From NCBI GenBank assembly GCA_963713975.1, contig OY970218.1:2688001-2752000 (forward strand): 64,000 nucleotides of DNA, in the 5' to 3' direction. Positions 9,670 through 17,856 of this stretch are shown here, piece by piece. Both the position numbers and the translations under genes were made by a program. The first letter of the stretch is position 1; every line of letters begins with the position of its first letter. The notes under the pieces were generated by a model. It was not told the DNA's origin, made no database searches, and worked only from the letters and a program-made list of their open reading frames with translations. This DNA is from an uncultured Chloroflexia bacterium (GTDB lineage Bacteria > Chloroflexota > Limnocylindria > Limnocylindrales > CSP1-4).

Positions 9670-11171
9670 TGTCCAACCCCGAGCCCGAGACCTACCGCCT
9701 GTTCATCGCCGGCCGCTGGGTGGAGTCCGTCTCAGGAGACAGCTTCGAGAGCGTGAACCCGGCCGACACCCGTGACGTGGTGGGTCGCTTCCAGGCCGGC
9801 ACCAGGGCCGACGTGGCCATGGCCGTCCGCGCCGCCGGCGATGCCTTCGATGCCTGGCGCGCGACCCCGGCGCCCAAGCGCGGCGAGCTCCTCTACCGCT
9901 TCGGCGCGCTCATGGCCGAGCACAAGGAACGGCTCGCCCGGGCGATGACCCGCGAGATGGGCAAGGTGCTGGCCGAGGCCCGCGGCGACGTGCAGGAGGG
10001 CATCGACATCGCGTTTCTCATGGCCGGCGAGGGGCGGCGCATGTTCGGCGACACGGTACCGAGCGAGCTGCCGGACAAGTGGGCGATGAGCATCCGCCAG
10101 CCGATCGGGATCGCCGGCATCGTGACGCCCTGGAACTTCCCCATGGCGATCCCGTGCTGGAAGATGATGCCCGCACTGGTGGCCGGCAACACGGTCGTCT
10201 TCAAGCCCTCCAGCGACGCACCCCATTGCGCGACGCTCCTGGTCGAGCTCATGGACGAGGCGGGCTTCCCGCCCGGCGTGGTGAACCTGGTGACCGGCGG
10301 TGGCACCGAGGTGGGGGACGCCATCGTCGACAGCCCGGACGTGCCGGTCATCTCCTTCACCGGCTCCTCGGCCACGGGGCGGTCCATCGCCGAGCGCGCG
10401 GGCCGGCGGCTCAAGCGGCTCAGCCTGGAGCTGGGCGGCAAGAACGCGGTCGTCGTCCTGCGTGACGCCGACCTTGACCTCGCCGTGGACGGGATCCTGT
10501 GGTCGGCGTTCGGCACCACCGGCCAGCGCTGCACGGCCTGCTCCCGCGTGATCGCGGACGCCCCGATCGCCGACGAGCTGGTGGCGCGCCTCGCGACCCG
10601 TGCCGCGGCCCTCCGGCTGGGCTCAGGGCTGGACGAGTCGGTCGAGGTGGGCCCACTGGTCAACGCCCCCGCCGTGGACAAGGTGGAGGGATACGTGGTG
10701 ATCGGTCGCGGGGAGGGAGACCTCGTGACCGGCGGCGCACGAGCGACCGGCGGCGACCTGGACCACGGGCACTTCTTCCAGCCCACGATCTTCGCCGGCG
10801 TGGGCTCGATGAGCCGGATCGCCCAGGAGGAGATCTTCGGACCCGTGCTGTCGGTGGTCCCGGTGGACGGCTACGCGGAGGCGGTGGCCGCCGCGAACCA
10901 CGTGCGCTACGGTCTCTCGGCGTCGATCTTCACGCGCGACGTGAACACCGCCTTCCGGGCGATGCGTGACTTCGAGACCGGCATCGTCTACGTCAATGCT
11001 GGGACGACCGGCGCCGAGACCCACCTGCCGTTCGGCGGCTGGAAGGACACGGGCAACGGCCACCGCGAGGCCGGCCACGTCGCCCTCGACACGTTCACCG
11101 AGTGGAAGTCGGTCTACATCGACTACAGCGGCCGGCTCCAGCGTGCCCAGATCGACAACCAGCCATCGTGA
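9669..11171 (+). CDS. aldehyde dehydrogenase family protein
   Basis: TPWNFP, FTGS, LELGGKN, GQRC, EEIFGP and PFGG motifs; start at the TGATG overlap. Confidence 0.95.
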   Translation: MSNPEPETYRLFIAGRWVESVSGDSFESVNPADTRDVVGRFQAGTRADVAMAVRAAGDAFDAWRATPAPKRGELLYRFGALMAEHKERLARAMTREMGKVLAEARGDVQEGIDIAFLMAGEGRRMFGDTVPSELPDKWAMSIRQPIGIAGIVTPWNFPMAIPCWKMMPALVAGNTVVFKPSSDAPHCATLLVELMDEAGFPPGVVNLVTGGGTEVGDAIVDSPDVPVISFTGSSATGRSIAERAGRRLKRLSLELGGKNAVVVLRDADLDLAVDGILWSAFGTTGQRCTACSRVIADAPIADELVARLATRAAALRLGSGLDESVEVGPLVNAPAVDKVEGYVVIGRGEGDLVTGGARATGGDLDHGHFFQPTIFAGVGSMSRIAQEEIFGPVLSVVPVDGYAEAVAAANHVRYGLSASIFTRDVNTAFRAMRDFETGIVYVNAGTTGAETHLPFGGWKDTGNGHREAGHVALDTFTEWKSVYIDYSGRLQRAQIDNQPS

Positions 11172-11248
11172 CCGTACGGCGCGCGAACGAGCGCGCACGG
11201 CGGTCGGGCGCGCGCGGTCGCGCACTTGCGCTATCCTTCCGCCGGTCC

Positions 11249-11323
11249 GGGCCGGTAGCTCAACGGTAGAGCAAGTGACTCTTAATCACTAGGTTCAGGG
11301 TTCGAGTCCCTGCCGGCTCACCA
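11249..11323 (+). tRNA. tRNA-Lys(CTT)
   Basis: Acceptor stem GGGCCGG/CCGGCTC, anticodon arm AGTGA-CTCTTAA-TCACT, T-arm GGTTCGAGTCC, encoded CCA; TATCCT -10-like at 11232-11237. Confidence 0.97.
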
Positions 11324-11368
11324 TTCACACGCGCACCATCGAAGGCCAGTCCAAGACCGGAGACCGCC

Positions 11369-11539
11369 GTGGCGAAGCTCAGCATCTCGCTCGACCTGAC
11401 GCTCATGCTGCTGGCGGCGGCGTTCTTCACGGCCGTTGGCTTCGTCACCGGTGCCACGTTCTTCGTGATCCTGTGCGGGGCGTGCCTGGGACTGATCCTG
11501 ATCGAGATCGTGACGCACCGCGGCCACGTCACCGAATAG
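11369..11539 (+). CDS. 56-aa small membrane protein (not in the ORF track)
   Basis: GGAG at 11359-11362, then GTG: MAKLSISLDLTLMLLAAAFFTAVGFVTGATFFVILCGACLGLILIEIVTHRGHVTE; strong G/C bias at third codon positions. Confidence 0.65.
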   Translation: MAKLSISLDLTLMLLAAAFFTAVGFVTGATFFVILCGACLGLILIEIVTHRGHVTE

Positions 11540-11659
11540 CCTCGGTCGACCGCCCCTCGGGCGCCGCTCGCCCTCGCCGGCGCGACCGCCTCGGGTTGCG
11601 CTGGCCACGCTGGCCCCCGGTGCTCCACTCCGTCTGCCGCACCCGCTAGCATCGGCGTG

Positions 11660-13192
11660 ATGAGCAGCCGCATCCGGCACCTTCTCCCCGTCGTGGCGGT
11701 GGTCGGCGCCTCCCTCGTCGTCGCAACCGTGGCGGTGGCCGTGCTCGAGACCACCCTCGGCATGGACAACGCCTCGTCCGCGTACCTCGTGGCCGTGGTC
11801 GCGGTCGCGCTGCTGGTCGGGACCGGGGGCGCCATCGTCACGGCCGTCGGATCGGCCGCCCTCTACAACGTCCTGTTCACCGAGCCACGCTATACCTTCG
11901 AGATCCACGAGCCGGGCGTGCTGCTCAGCGTGGTGCTCCTCCTGTTCGTGGGTGTCGTCGTCGGGCAGCTTGCCGCGCTCCAGCGCCAGCGGGCCGAGGC
12001 TGCCACGGCGCGCGAGCACGAGGCCCGTGCCCTGTTCGGGGTCAGCCGGTCACTGGCCACCCGCAACTCCATCGGGGAGGCACTCAGCGCCATCCTCGAC
12101 GTGCTGGTCACCGAAGCCGGGCTGGAGCGGGCATGGGTCGGGATCGGGCCGGATCCGGCGGTGGAGACGGTGGCTGCCGACACCGGCGATGGCCGTCCCC
12201 CGACCGCGCCCGGCCGGCTGCGGGTGCTCCAGCGCACCCCGGGTGACGAGCCCGCCCGCTGGGTGCTGGTGCAGCGACCCGGTGTGGCCGCCAGGTCGCC
12301 GGGTGCCGTGGACACCTACCGGGTCCGCATCGAGGCGAGCGGGGAGCCTCAGGGATCTATCTGGGCGACCCGTGCGCGGGAGCCCGGGGAACCGGATCCG
12401 GTCCAGAGCCGGCTGCTCGTGGCAGTCGCGGACCAGGTCGGGCAGGCGATCATGCACGATCGTGCGGCGGACCAGTCGCGGGCAGCGGACGTCGCGCACC
12501 AGAGCGACGCGCTCAAGTCGGCACTGCTGCAGTCCGTGTCGCACGACCTGCGGACGCCGCTGGCCACGATCCGCGCCGCGGCAGGTGGCCTTCGTCCGGG
12601 CAGCGCGCTGTCGGACGACGACAGGAGGGCCAGCGCAGATGCGATCGAGCGGGAGGTCGAGTACCTCAACCGGCTGGTGACCAATCTCCTCGACCTGTCG
12701 CGGATCGAGGCCGGGGCACTCCGGGCGCAGCGTGAGCTGTTCGATCTCGATGACCTCCTCGCCCGCTCCCTGGACAGCGTTCGCACCCGCCTCGACGGAC
12801 GGTCGCTGGAGACCGGCCTGCGGGCCTCGCCTGTCGAGGTCGACGCGGTCTTCGTCGACGAGGCAGTGACCAATCTCCTCGACAACGCGATCAAGTACAC
12901 GCCGGAAGGATCCCGGATCCGGGTCACAGCGCGGGATGTCGGGCCGCAGCTGGTCAGGCTCACCGTGGAGGACGATGGACCGGGGGTGCCCGACGAGGTG
13001 CTGGGCCGGCTGTTCGAGAAGTTCTACCGGGTGCCGGCCGGCCGCCGCCGGTCGAGGGAGGGAACGGGAATCGGGCTCGCGGTCACCCGCGGCCTCGTGG
13101 AGGCGACAGGGGGCACCGTGGTGGCGCGCCGCAGCGAGCTCGGCGGGCTCGCCGTGGACATCGACCTCCCGTCCCGCGAGGTCCCGGGCTGA
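11660..13192 (+). CDS. KdpD-like sensor histidine kinase (4 TM + GAF + HisKA + HATPase; no N-terminal KdpD/Usp domains)
   Basis: YNVLFTEPRYTF, SALLQSVSHDLRTPL, NLLDLSRIEAG, NAIKY and GTGIGL motifs. Confidence 0.9.
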   Translation: MSSRIRHLLPVVAVVGASLVVATVAVAVLETTLGMDNASSAYLVAVVAVALLVGTGGAIVTAVGSAALYNVLFTEPRYTFEIHEPGVLLSVVLLLFVGVVVGQLAALQRQRAEAATAREHEARALFGVSRSLATRNSIGEALSAILDVLVTEAGLERAWVGIGPDPAVETVAADTGDGRPPTAPGRLRVLQRTPGDEPARWVLVQRPGVAARSPGAVDTYRVRIEASGEPQGSIWATRAREPGEPDPVQSRLLVAVADQVGQAIMHDRAADQSRAADVAHQSDALKSALLQSVSHDLRTPLATIRAAAGGLRPGSALSDDDRRASADAIEREVEYLNRLVTNLLDLSRIEAGALRAQRELFDLDDLLARSLDSVRTRLDGRSLETGLRASPVEVDAVFVDEAVTNLLDNAIKYTPEGSRIRVTARDVGPQLVRLTVEDDGPGVPDEVLGRLFEKFYRVPAGRRRSREGTGIGLAVTRGLVEATGGTVVARRSELGGLAVDIDLPSREVPG

Positions 13193-13935
13193 TGCACCAC
13201 CCCGGACCGGGCCCCACGATCCTCGTGGTCGAGGACGACACCGAGACGCGATCCGCGCTCGTGCGAGAGCTGATCGCGGGCGGGTATGGGGTCGTGGAAG
13301 CCGCGGACGGGCGCAGTGCCCTGGAGCGGTGGGCCGCGCGCCGGCCGGACCTCGTGCTCCTCGACCTGGGGCTGCCCGACATCGACGGCCTGCAGGTCGT
13401 GGCCACCATCCGCCGCGAGGCGGCCACGCCGATCGTGATCCTCTCCGGCCGCTACGAGGAGCGCGAGAAGGTGGAGGCGCTCGACCGCGGCGCCGACGAC
13501 TACGTGACCAAGCCGTTCGGCGTGGACGAGCTCAGGGCCCGGTTGCGCGTCGCGCTGCGCCGGGCTGCCGGTCCCGGGGGAGACGCCGCGGGCCGGATCA
13601 CGGTGGGGTCACTGGTCCTCGACGTGGTCGGCCACGAGGTCCGGGTAGCAGGACGCCCACTCGACCTCACGCCGCGTGAGTTCGAGCTCCTGCGGGTGCT
13701 GCTCATGCACCGCGGTCGCGTGGCGACCAAGGGCCGGTTGCTGCGGGCCGTCTGGGGAGAGGCCTACCAGGGCGAGGACAGCTACATCTACGTACACGTG
13801 AGCCAGCTCCGCCGCAAGCTCGCCGCCGCCGATCCCGATGGCGGCCTGGGGACGCTGATCCTCACCGAGCCCGGCGTCGGGTACCGCATCCGTGATGACC
13901 CGGCCACGGGCAGCGTGGCGGACGAGGTCCTTTAG
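13192..13935 (+). CDS. KdpE-like OmpR-family response regulator
   Basis: LLDLGLPD, EKVEALDRGADDYVTKPF and LILTEPGVGYR motifs. Confidence 0.92.
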   Translation: MHHPGPGPTILVVEDDTETRSALVRELIAGGYGVVEAADGRSALERWAARRPDLVLLDLGLPDIDGLQVVATIRREAATPIVILSGRYEEREKVEALDRGADDYVTKPFGVDELRARLRVALRRAAGPGGDAAGRITVGSLVLDVVGHEVRVAGRPLDLTPREFELLRVLLMHRGRVATKGRLLRAVWGEAYQGEDSYIYVHVSQLRRKLAAADPDGGLGTLILTEPGVGYRIRDDPATGSVADEVL

Positions 13936-14003
13936 GGAAACCATAGGCCACCGGATCCGAGTCGCAACCGTCCCCTCTTGGCGCGCCGGCGGATGCTGGT
14001 GGC

Positions 14004-14252
14004 ATGGAAACCGCCGTCGAGGTCATCGGCCGCTCCGCGCCCGCCTGGGCTGGGGAGGAGCGACTGGTCCGCGAGGCCATCCTGATGGTCGCGTCGCAGG
14101 CGGCACCCCGCGTCCTCGTCGCCGGGATCGTCTTCGGGGAGCTGATCCTGGACACGTGCAAGCGCGCGGCGCTCGAAGCCGGCGTTCGCGTGGTCCCACG
14201 AACCACCGCAAGGGAGGATCGGCTCGACATCGTCGTCGAAGCCATTCGCTGA
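14004..14252 (+). CDS. hypothetical 82-aa protein
   Basis: Good codon usage; GATGCT -10-like element 6 nt before the ATG. Confidence 0.55.
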   Translation: METAVEVIGRSAPAWAGEERLVREAILMVASQAAPRVLVAGIVFGELILDTCKRAALEAGVRVVPRTTAREDRLDIVVEAIR

Positions 14253-14319
14253 TGCCCGACTGCCCGACAACCCCGCTCGGAGAGCCTGACTCCGAGCCAC
14301 TCCAGCTCTGGACGGCGTC

Positions 14320-16359
14320 GTGATCGGCGGTCGCCGCCCAATCACCGGTCGCAAGCCGGGCGACCGCCGGGTGCGAGTCGATCGCCCCCACGCGCCCTAC
14401 TTCCGGTACACGGGTCCAAACCAGCTGGTGGCCAAGCCGGCTGCCTCGGTGCCGCGGTCTGCGCTGGGCCGCACCGCCCTCCGTTGGAAGTCATGGCTGA
14501 TCGGCCGTCCGCTGGCCACCGAGGAGGAGATCGGCGAACGGCTGTCCAAGCGCCTCGCCCTGCCGATCTTCAGCTCGGATGCGATCTCGTCCTCCGCCTA
14601 CGCGACCGAGGAGATCCTGCGCGTCCTGGTGCTCGCCGGGGCCGGGGCTCTGCTGGTCTCCGTCGAGATCGCGGCCGCAATCTCGATCCTGCTGGTCGTC
14701 GTCGCGATCTCCTACCGCCAGGTCTGCAACGCGTTCCCGGGCGGAGGGGGCGCCTACGCGGTCGCGCGCCAGGAGCTGCGCCCGATCCTCGGCCTGGTCG
14801 CGGCATCCGCCCTGCTCATCGACTACGTGATGACCGTGGCCGTGTCCACGTCGTCCGCCATGGACCAGCTGATCTCCGTCGCACCCGGGCTGGATGTCGT
14901 CCGGCTGGAGGTCGCGGTCGCCGTGATCGCCCTGATCACGATCGCCAACCTGCGTGGCCTGCGGGAGTCGGGGAACATCTTCGCCGTCCCCACCTACGTG
15001 TTCGTGGCCATGGCCCTGGTCATCATCGCGTCCGGGATGGTGCACATCGCAACCGGCACGGTCGTGCCCATGCCCCCCCAGGCCGAGGCCATGTCCTACG
15101 GGACCCAGACGCTCGGCCTGGTGCTCATCCTGCGCGCATTTGCCAGCGGCTCCGTGGCCCTGACCGGCGTCGAGGCCATCGCCAACGGCGTTCCCGCCTT
15201 CAAGCCCCCGGAGGCCAGGAACGCCGGCAACACCCTGCTCGCCATGGCCGTCCTCCTGGCGGTCCTGTTCATCGGGATCACGGTCGTCGCCCGCGCCTAC
15301 GACATCGTCCCGTCCGAGGCGCTGTCCGGCGGACCGACGGTCATCGCCCTCGTGGCGCAGACCGCGTTTGGGGCCACCAGCCCGCTGTACTACGTCTTCC
15401 AGGTCGCGACCGCGCTGATCCTGTTTCTGGCGGCGAACACCAGCTTCAACGCCTTCCCGCGCCTGGCGGCGATCCTGGCCCACGATGGCTACTTCCCGCG
15501 CCAGTTCTCGTTCCGCGGCGACCGGCTCGCGTACAGCTGGGGGATCATCGCCCTCGCCGCCATCGCGGCCGGGATCTACCTCATCTTCCGGGGCAACACG
15601 TCGCACCTGATCCCGCTCTACTCCGTCGGGGTGTTCGTGTGCTTCACCCTGAGCCAGAGCGGCATGGTCATGCACTGGTTCCGCGGCCGCCAGGCCGGCT
15701 GGCGGTGGCGACTCGCGATCAACGCCAGCGGCGCCCTGATGACGTTGGTCGTGCTCGTGATCGTGCTCACGGAGAAGTTCGAGCACGGGGCGTTCGTGGT
15801 CGCGATCCTCATCCCGGTGATGGTCGGTGCGATGCTGTTCATCAACCGCCAGTACGCGGCCTCTCGGCGGCAGCTCGCGATCGACCCGGGCTACGTCCTG
15901 CCGCCGCCCAGCCGTGAGCAGCGCGCGATCGTGCCGGTGCCGGCCCTCAATCGTGCCGTGGTCCGCGCGATCAACACCGCCCGCTCGATCACCGGTGACG
16001 TGAGCGCGGTGTTCATCAGCGAGGACCCGGAGGCGTCGGCGCGGATGCGGGCGCGCTGGGAGCGGCAGGTTCCGGACGTGCCGCTGGTGATCGTCGAGAG
16101 CCCGTATCGCGCCCTCTCGGGGCCGCTCATGGCGTACCTGGACGTGCTGGACCGGGCCTGGCCGCCGGAGAAGGCGGAGCCGATCACCTTTGTCGTGGTG
16201 CCCGAGTACGTGGCCCGGCACTGGTGGGAGCGGATCCTGTACAACCAGTCCGCCCGACGGCTGCGCTCGGTCCTCCTTGGTCGCCCGCACACCGTGGTGG
16301 TGGACGTGCCGTACCGGCGGGACGACCAGCCGGAGGCATCCGCGATCGAGGTGGAGTAG
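14320..16359 (+). CDS. APC family permease, KimA/YdaO-type (putative K+ transporter)
   Basis: FSSDAISSSAYATEE, GGGAY, DYVMTVAVS, NLRG.RESG, ALTGVEAIANG, ANTSF..FP, LIPLYSVGVF and ESPYR motifs. Confidence 0.9.
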   Translation: MIGGRRPITGRKPGDRRVRVDRPHAPYFRYTGPNQLVAKPAASVPRSALGRTALRWKSWLIGRPLATEEEIGERLSKRLALPIFSSDAISSSAYATEEILRVLVLAGAGALLVSVEIAAAISILLVVVAISYRQVCNAFPGGGGAYAVARQELRPILGLVAASALLIDYVMTVAVSTSSAMDQLISVAPGLDVVRLEVAVAVIALITIANLRGLRESGNIFAVPTYVFVAMALVIIASGMVHIATGTVVPMPPQAEAMSYGTQTLGLVLILRAFASGSVALTGVEAIANGVPAFKPPEARNAGNTLLAMAVLLAVLFIGITVVARAYDIVPSEALSGGPTVIALVAQTAFGATSPLYYVFQVATALILFLAANTSFNAFPRLAAILAHDGYFPRQFSFRGDRLAYSWGIIALAAIAAGIYLIFRGNTSHLIPLYSVGVFVCFTLSQSGMVMHWFRGRQAGWRWRLAINASGALMTLVVLVIVLTEKFEHGAFVVAILIPVMVGAMLFINRQYAASRRQLAIDPGYVLPPPSREQRAIVPVPALNRAVVRAINTARSITGDVSAVFISEDPEASARMRARWERQVPDVPLVIVESPYRALSGPLMAYLDVLDRAWPPEKAEPITFVVVPEYVARHWWERILYNQSARRLRSVLLGRPHTVVVDVPYRRDDQPEASAIEVE

Positions 16360-16634
16360 GGCCGGGCTTCGGGGAGGCGGCGAGCCTGCGAGCGCACGCC
16401 ACGCGGGGCGGACAGGCCGGAGCGGCCCCCATACGGCAGGCCGGGAGGCAGGCCCGGCCCCCTTCCATACGGGCCCATTCGAGGTGCCCTTCGCCATGCA
16501 GCGCGGCGACCTCTGGTACGTGGTTGGACCCACCCGCATCCCCCAAGATCAGTACCGGCGTCCCCTTGTTCTATGGGCGCGGCCGCCGCAGGGCCTCCGG
16601 CACCTGCCCGTCGCGCCAAGCAGTCGAGTGAGTC

Positions 16635-17855
16635 ATGATGCGCGACCAGGGTCTCTATGCCGCGCTCATCGAGCGCGGGATGACCCGCAGGTCGTTCCTC
16701 AAGTTCTCCGCTGCCATGACCGCAGCGCTGGCGATTCCGGCCTCGTATGCGCCACGCATCGCGGAAGGCCTCACCACCGCTCCGCGCCTCCCCGTCATCT
16801 GGGTGCGCGGGCAGACCTGCGGGGGCAACACCGAGGCGCTCCTGCGGACCTCGAATCCCACGGTCTCCTCGCTCCTGCTGGACACCCTTTCGGTGGAGTA
16901 CCACGAGTCCCTGCTCGCGACGGCCGGAGCCGCGAGCGACGTCGCCCGCACGTCGGCGATGGAGGCCTACCCGGACGGCTACATCGCGGTGATCGAGGGC
17001 GCTATCCCGAACGGCGCGGACGGTGGCTACTGCCTCGTGGGTGGCCGCCCCGTGGCGGACGTGGCGCGCGAGGTCTGCGACGGCGCCCTGGCCACGATCG
17101 CGGTCGGAGCCTGCGCGTTCGACGGCGGTGCACCTGCAGCGAGCGGCGGCCTTACCGATGCCGGCGGCGTCCGTCGCGTGGTCGGCGACTCCACCCTGAT
17201 CACGCTGCCGGGCTGCCCGATGAACGTGCTCAACCTGACCGCCGTGATCGTCCACTACCTGACCCTCCGCGAGTGGCCGCCGCTTGACCCGATGGGCCGG
17301 CCCCTGGCTGCCTACGGGAACCTGCTCCACAACCAGTGCGAGCGACGGCCGCACTTCGAGTTCGGCGAGTTCGCCCTGTCCTGGGGCGACGAGGGAGCCC
17401 AGCGCGGCTGGTGCCTGTACAAGGTGGGCTGCAAGGGTCCGGAGACGATGGCCAACTGCCCCACCGTCCGCTACGGCGACGGGGTCAGCTGGAACGTGCG
17501 CGCCGGCCACGGGTGCGCAGGCTGCGTGGCGCCCGACTTCTGGGATGCGATGGGCCCGGCCTACCTTCGGCTGCCGTCGCCGGTGCCCTTCCTGCCCAAC
17601 ATGACGGTTGACGTGGTGGGGGCAGCGGCGGTCGGTGCCGTGGCCCTCGTTGCCGGAGCGCACGCGGTGGGCATGGGTGCCCGCTACAAGCGGCGGGCGC
17701 GCATCGAGCGTCGCGAGGCCCTTGCGGGCGCCGATGGCACGACCGCCGCCCATGGCACGGCCGATGCCGATGCTGCGACCGACGCCGATGCCATGGACAC
17801 GCCGGAGCCCGTCGTGCCCACCGGCGATGGCCCCACCCCGGCCGGGGAGCGCTGA
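16635..17855 (+). CDS. [NiFe]-hydrogenase-like small subunit (Tat signal, C-terminal TM anchor)
   Basis: TRRSFLK Tat motif; GAC, PGCP, HNQCERR, CLYKVGCKGP, NCP and GHGCAGC; proximal motif reads CGGN. Confidence 0.92.
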   Translation: MMRDQGLYAALIERGMTRRSFLKFSAAMTAALAIPASYAPRIAEGLTTAPRLPVIWVRGQTCGGNTEALLRTSNPTVSSLLLDTLSVEYHESLLATAGAASDVARTSAMEAYPDGYIAVIEGAIPNGADGGYCLVGGRPVADVAREVCDGALATIAVGACAFDGGAPAASGGLTDAGGVRRVVGDSTLITLPGCPMNVLNLTAVIVHYLTLREWPPLDPMGRPLAAYGNLLHNQCERRPHFEFGEFALSWGDEGAQRGWCLYKVGCKGPETMANCPTVRYGDGVSWNVRAGHGCAGCVAPDFWDAMGPAYLRLPSPVPFLPNMTVDVVGAAAVGAVALVAGAHAVGMGARYKRRARIERREALAGADGTTAAHGTADADAATDADAMDTPEPVVPTGDGPTPAGER

Positions 17856-17856
17856 G

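Noticed and set aside
14253-14319. c-di-AMP (ydaO) riboswitch upstream of the KimA-like gene
   Set aside because: The gap is only 67 nt with one simple hairpin (GCTCGGAG/CTCCGAGC) and lacks the ydaO consensus blocks
16425-16480. CCATACGG repeated twice upstream of the hydrogenase-like operon as an operator
   Set aside because: Only two 8-mers 36 bp apart with no other support
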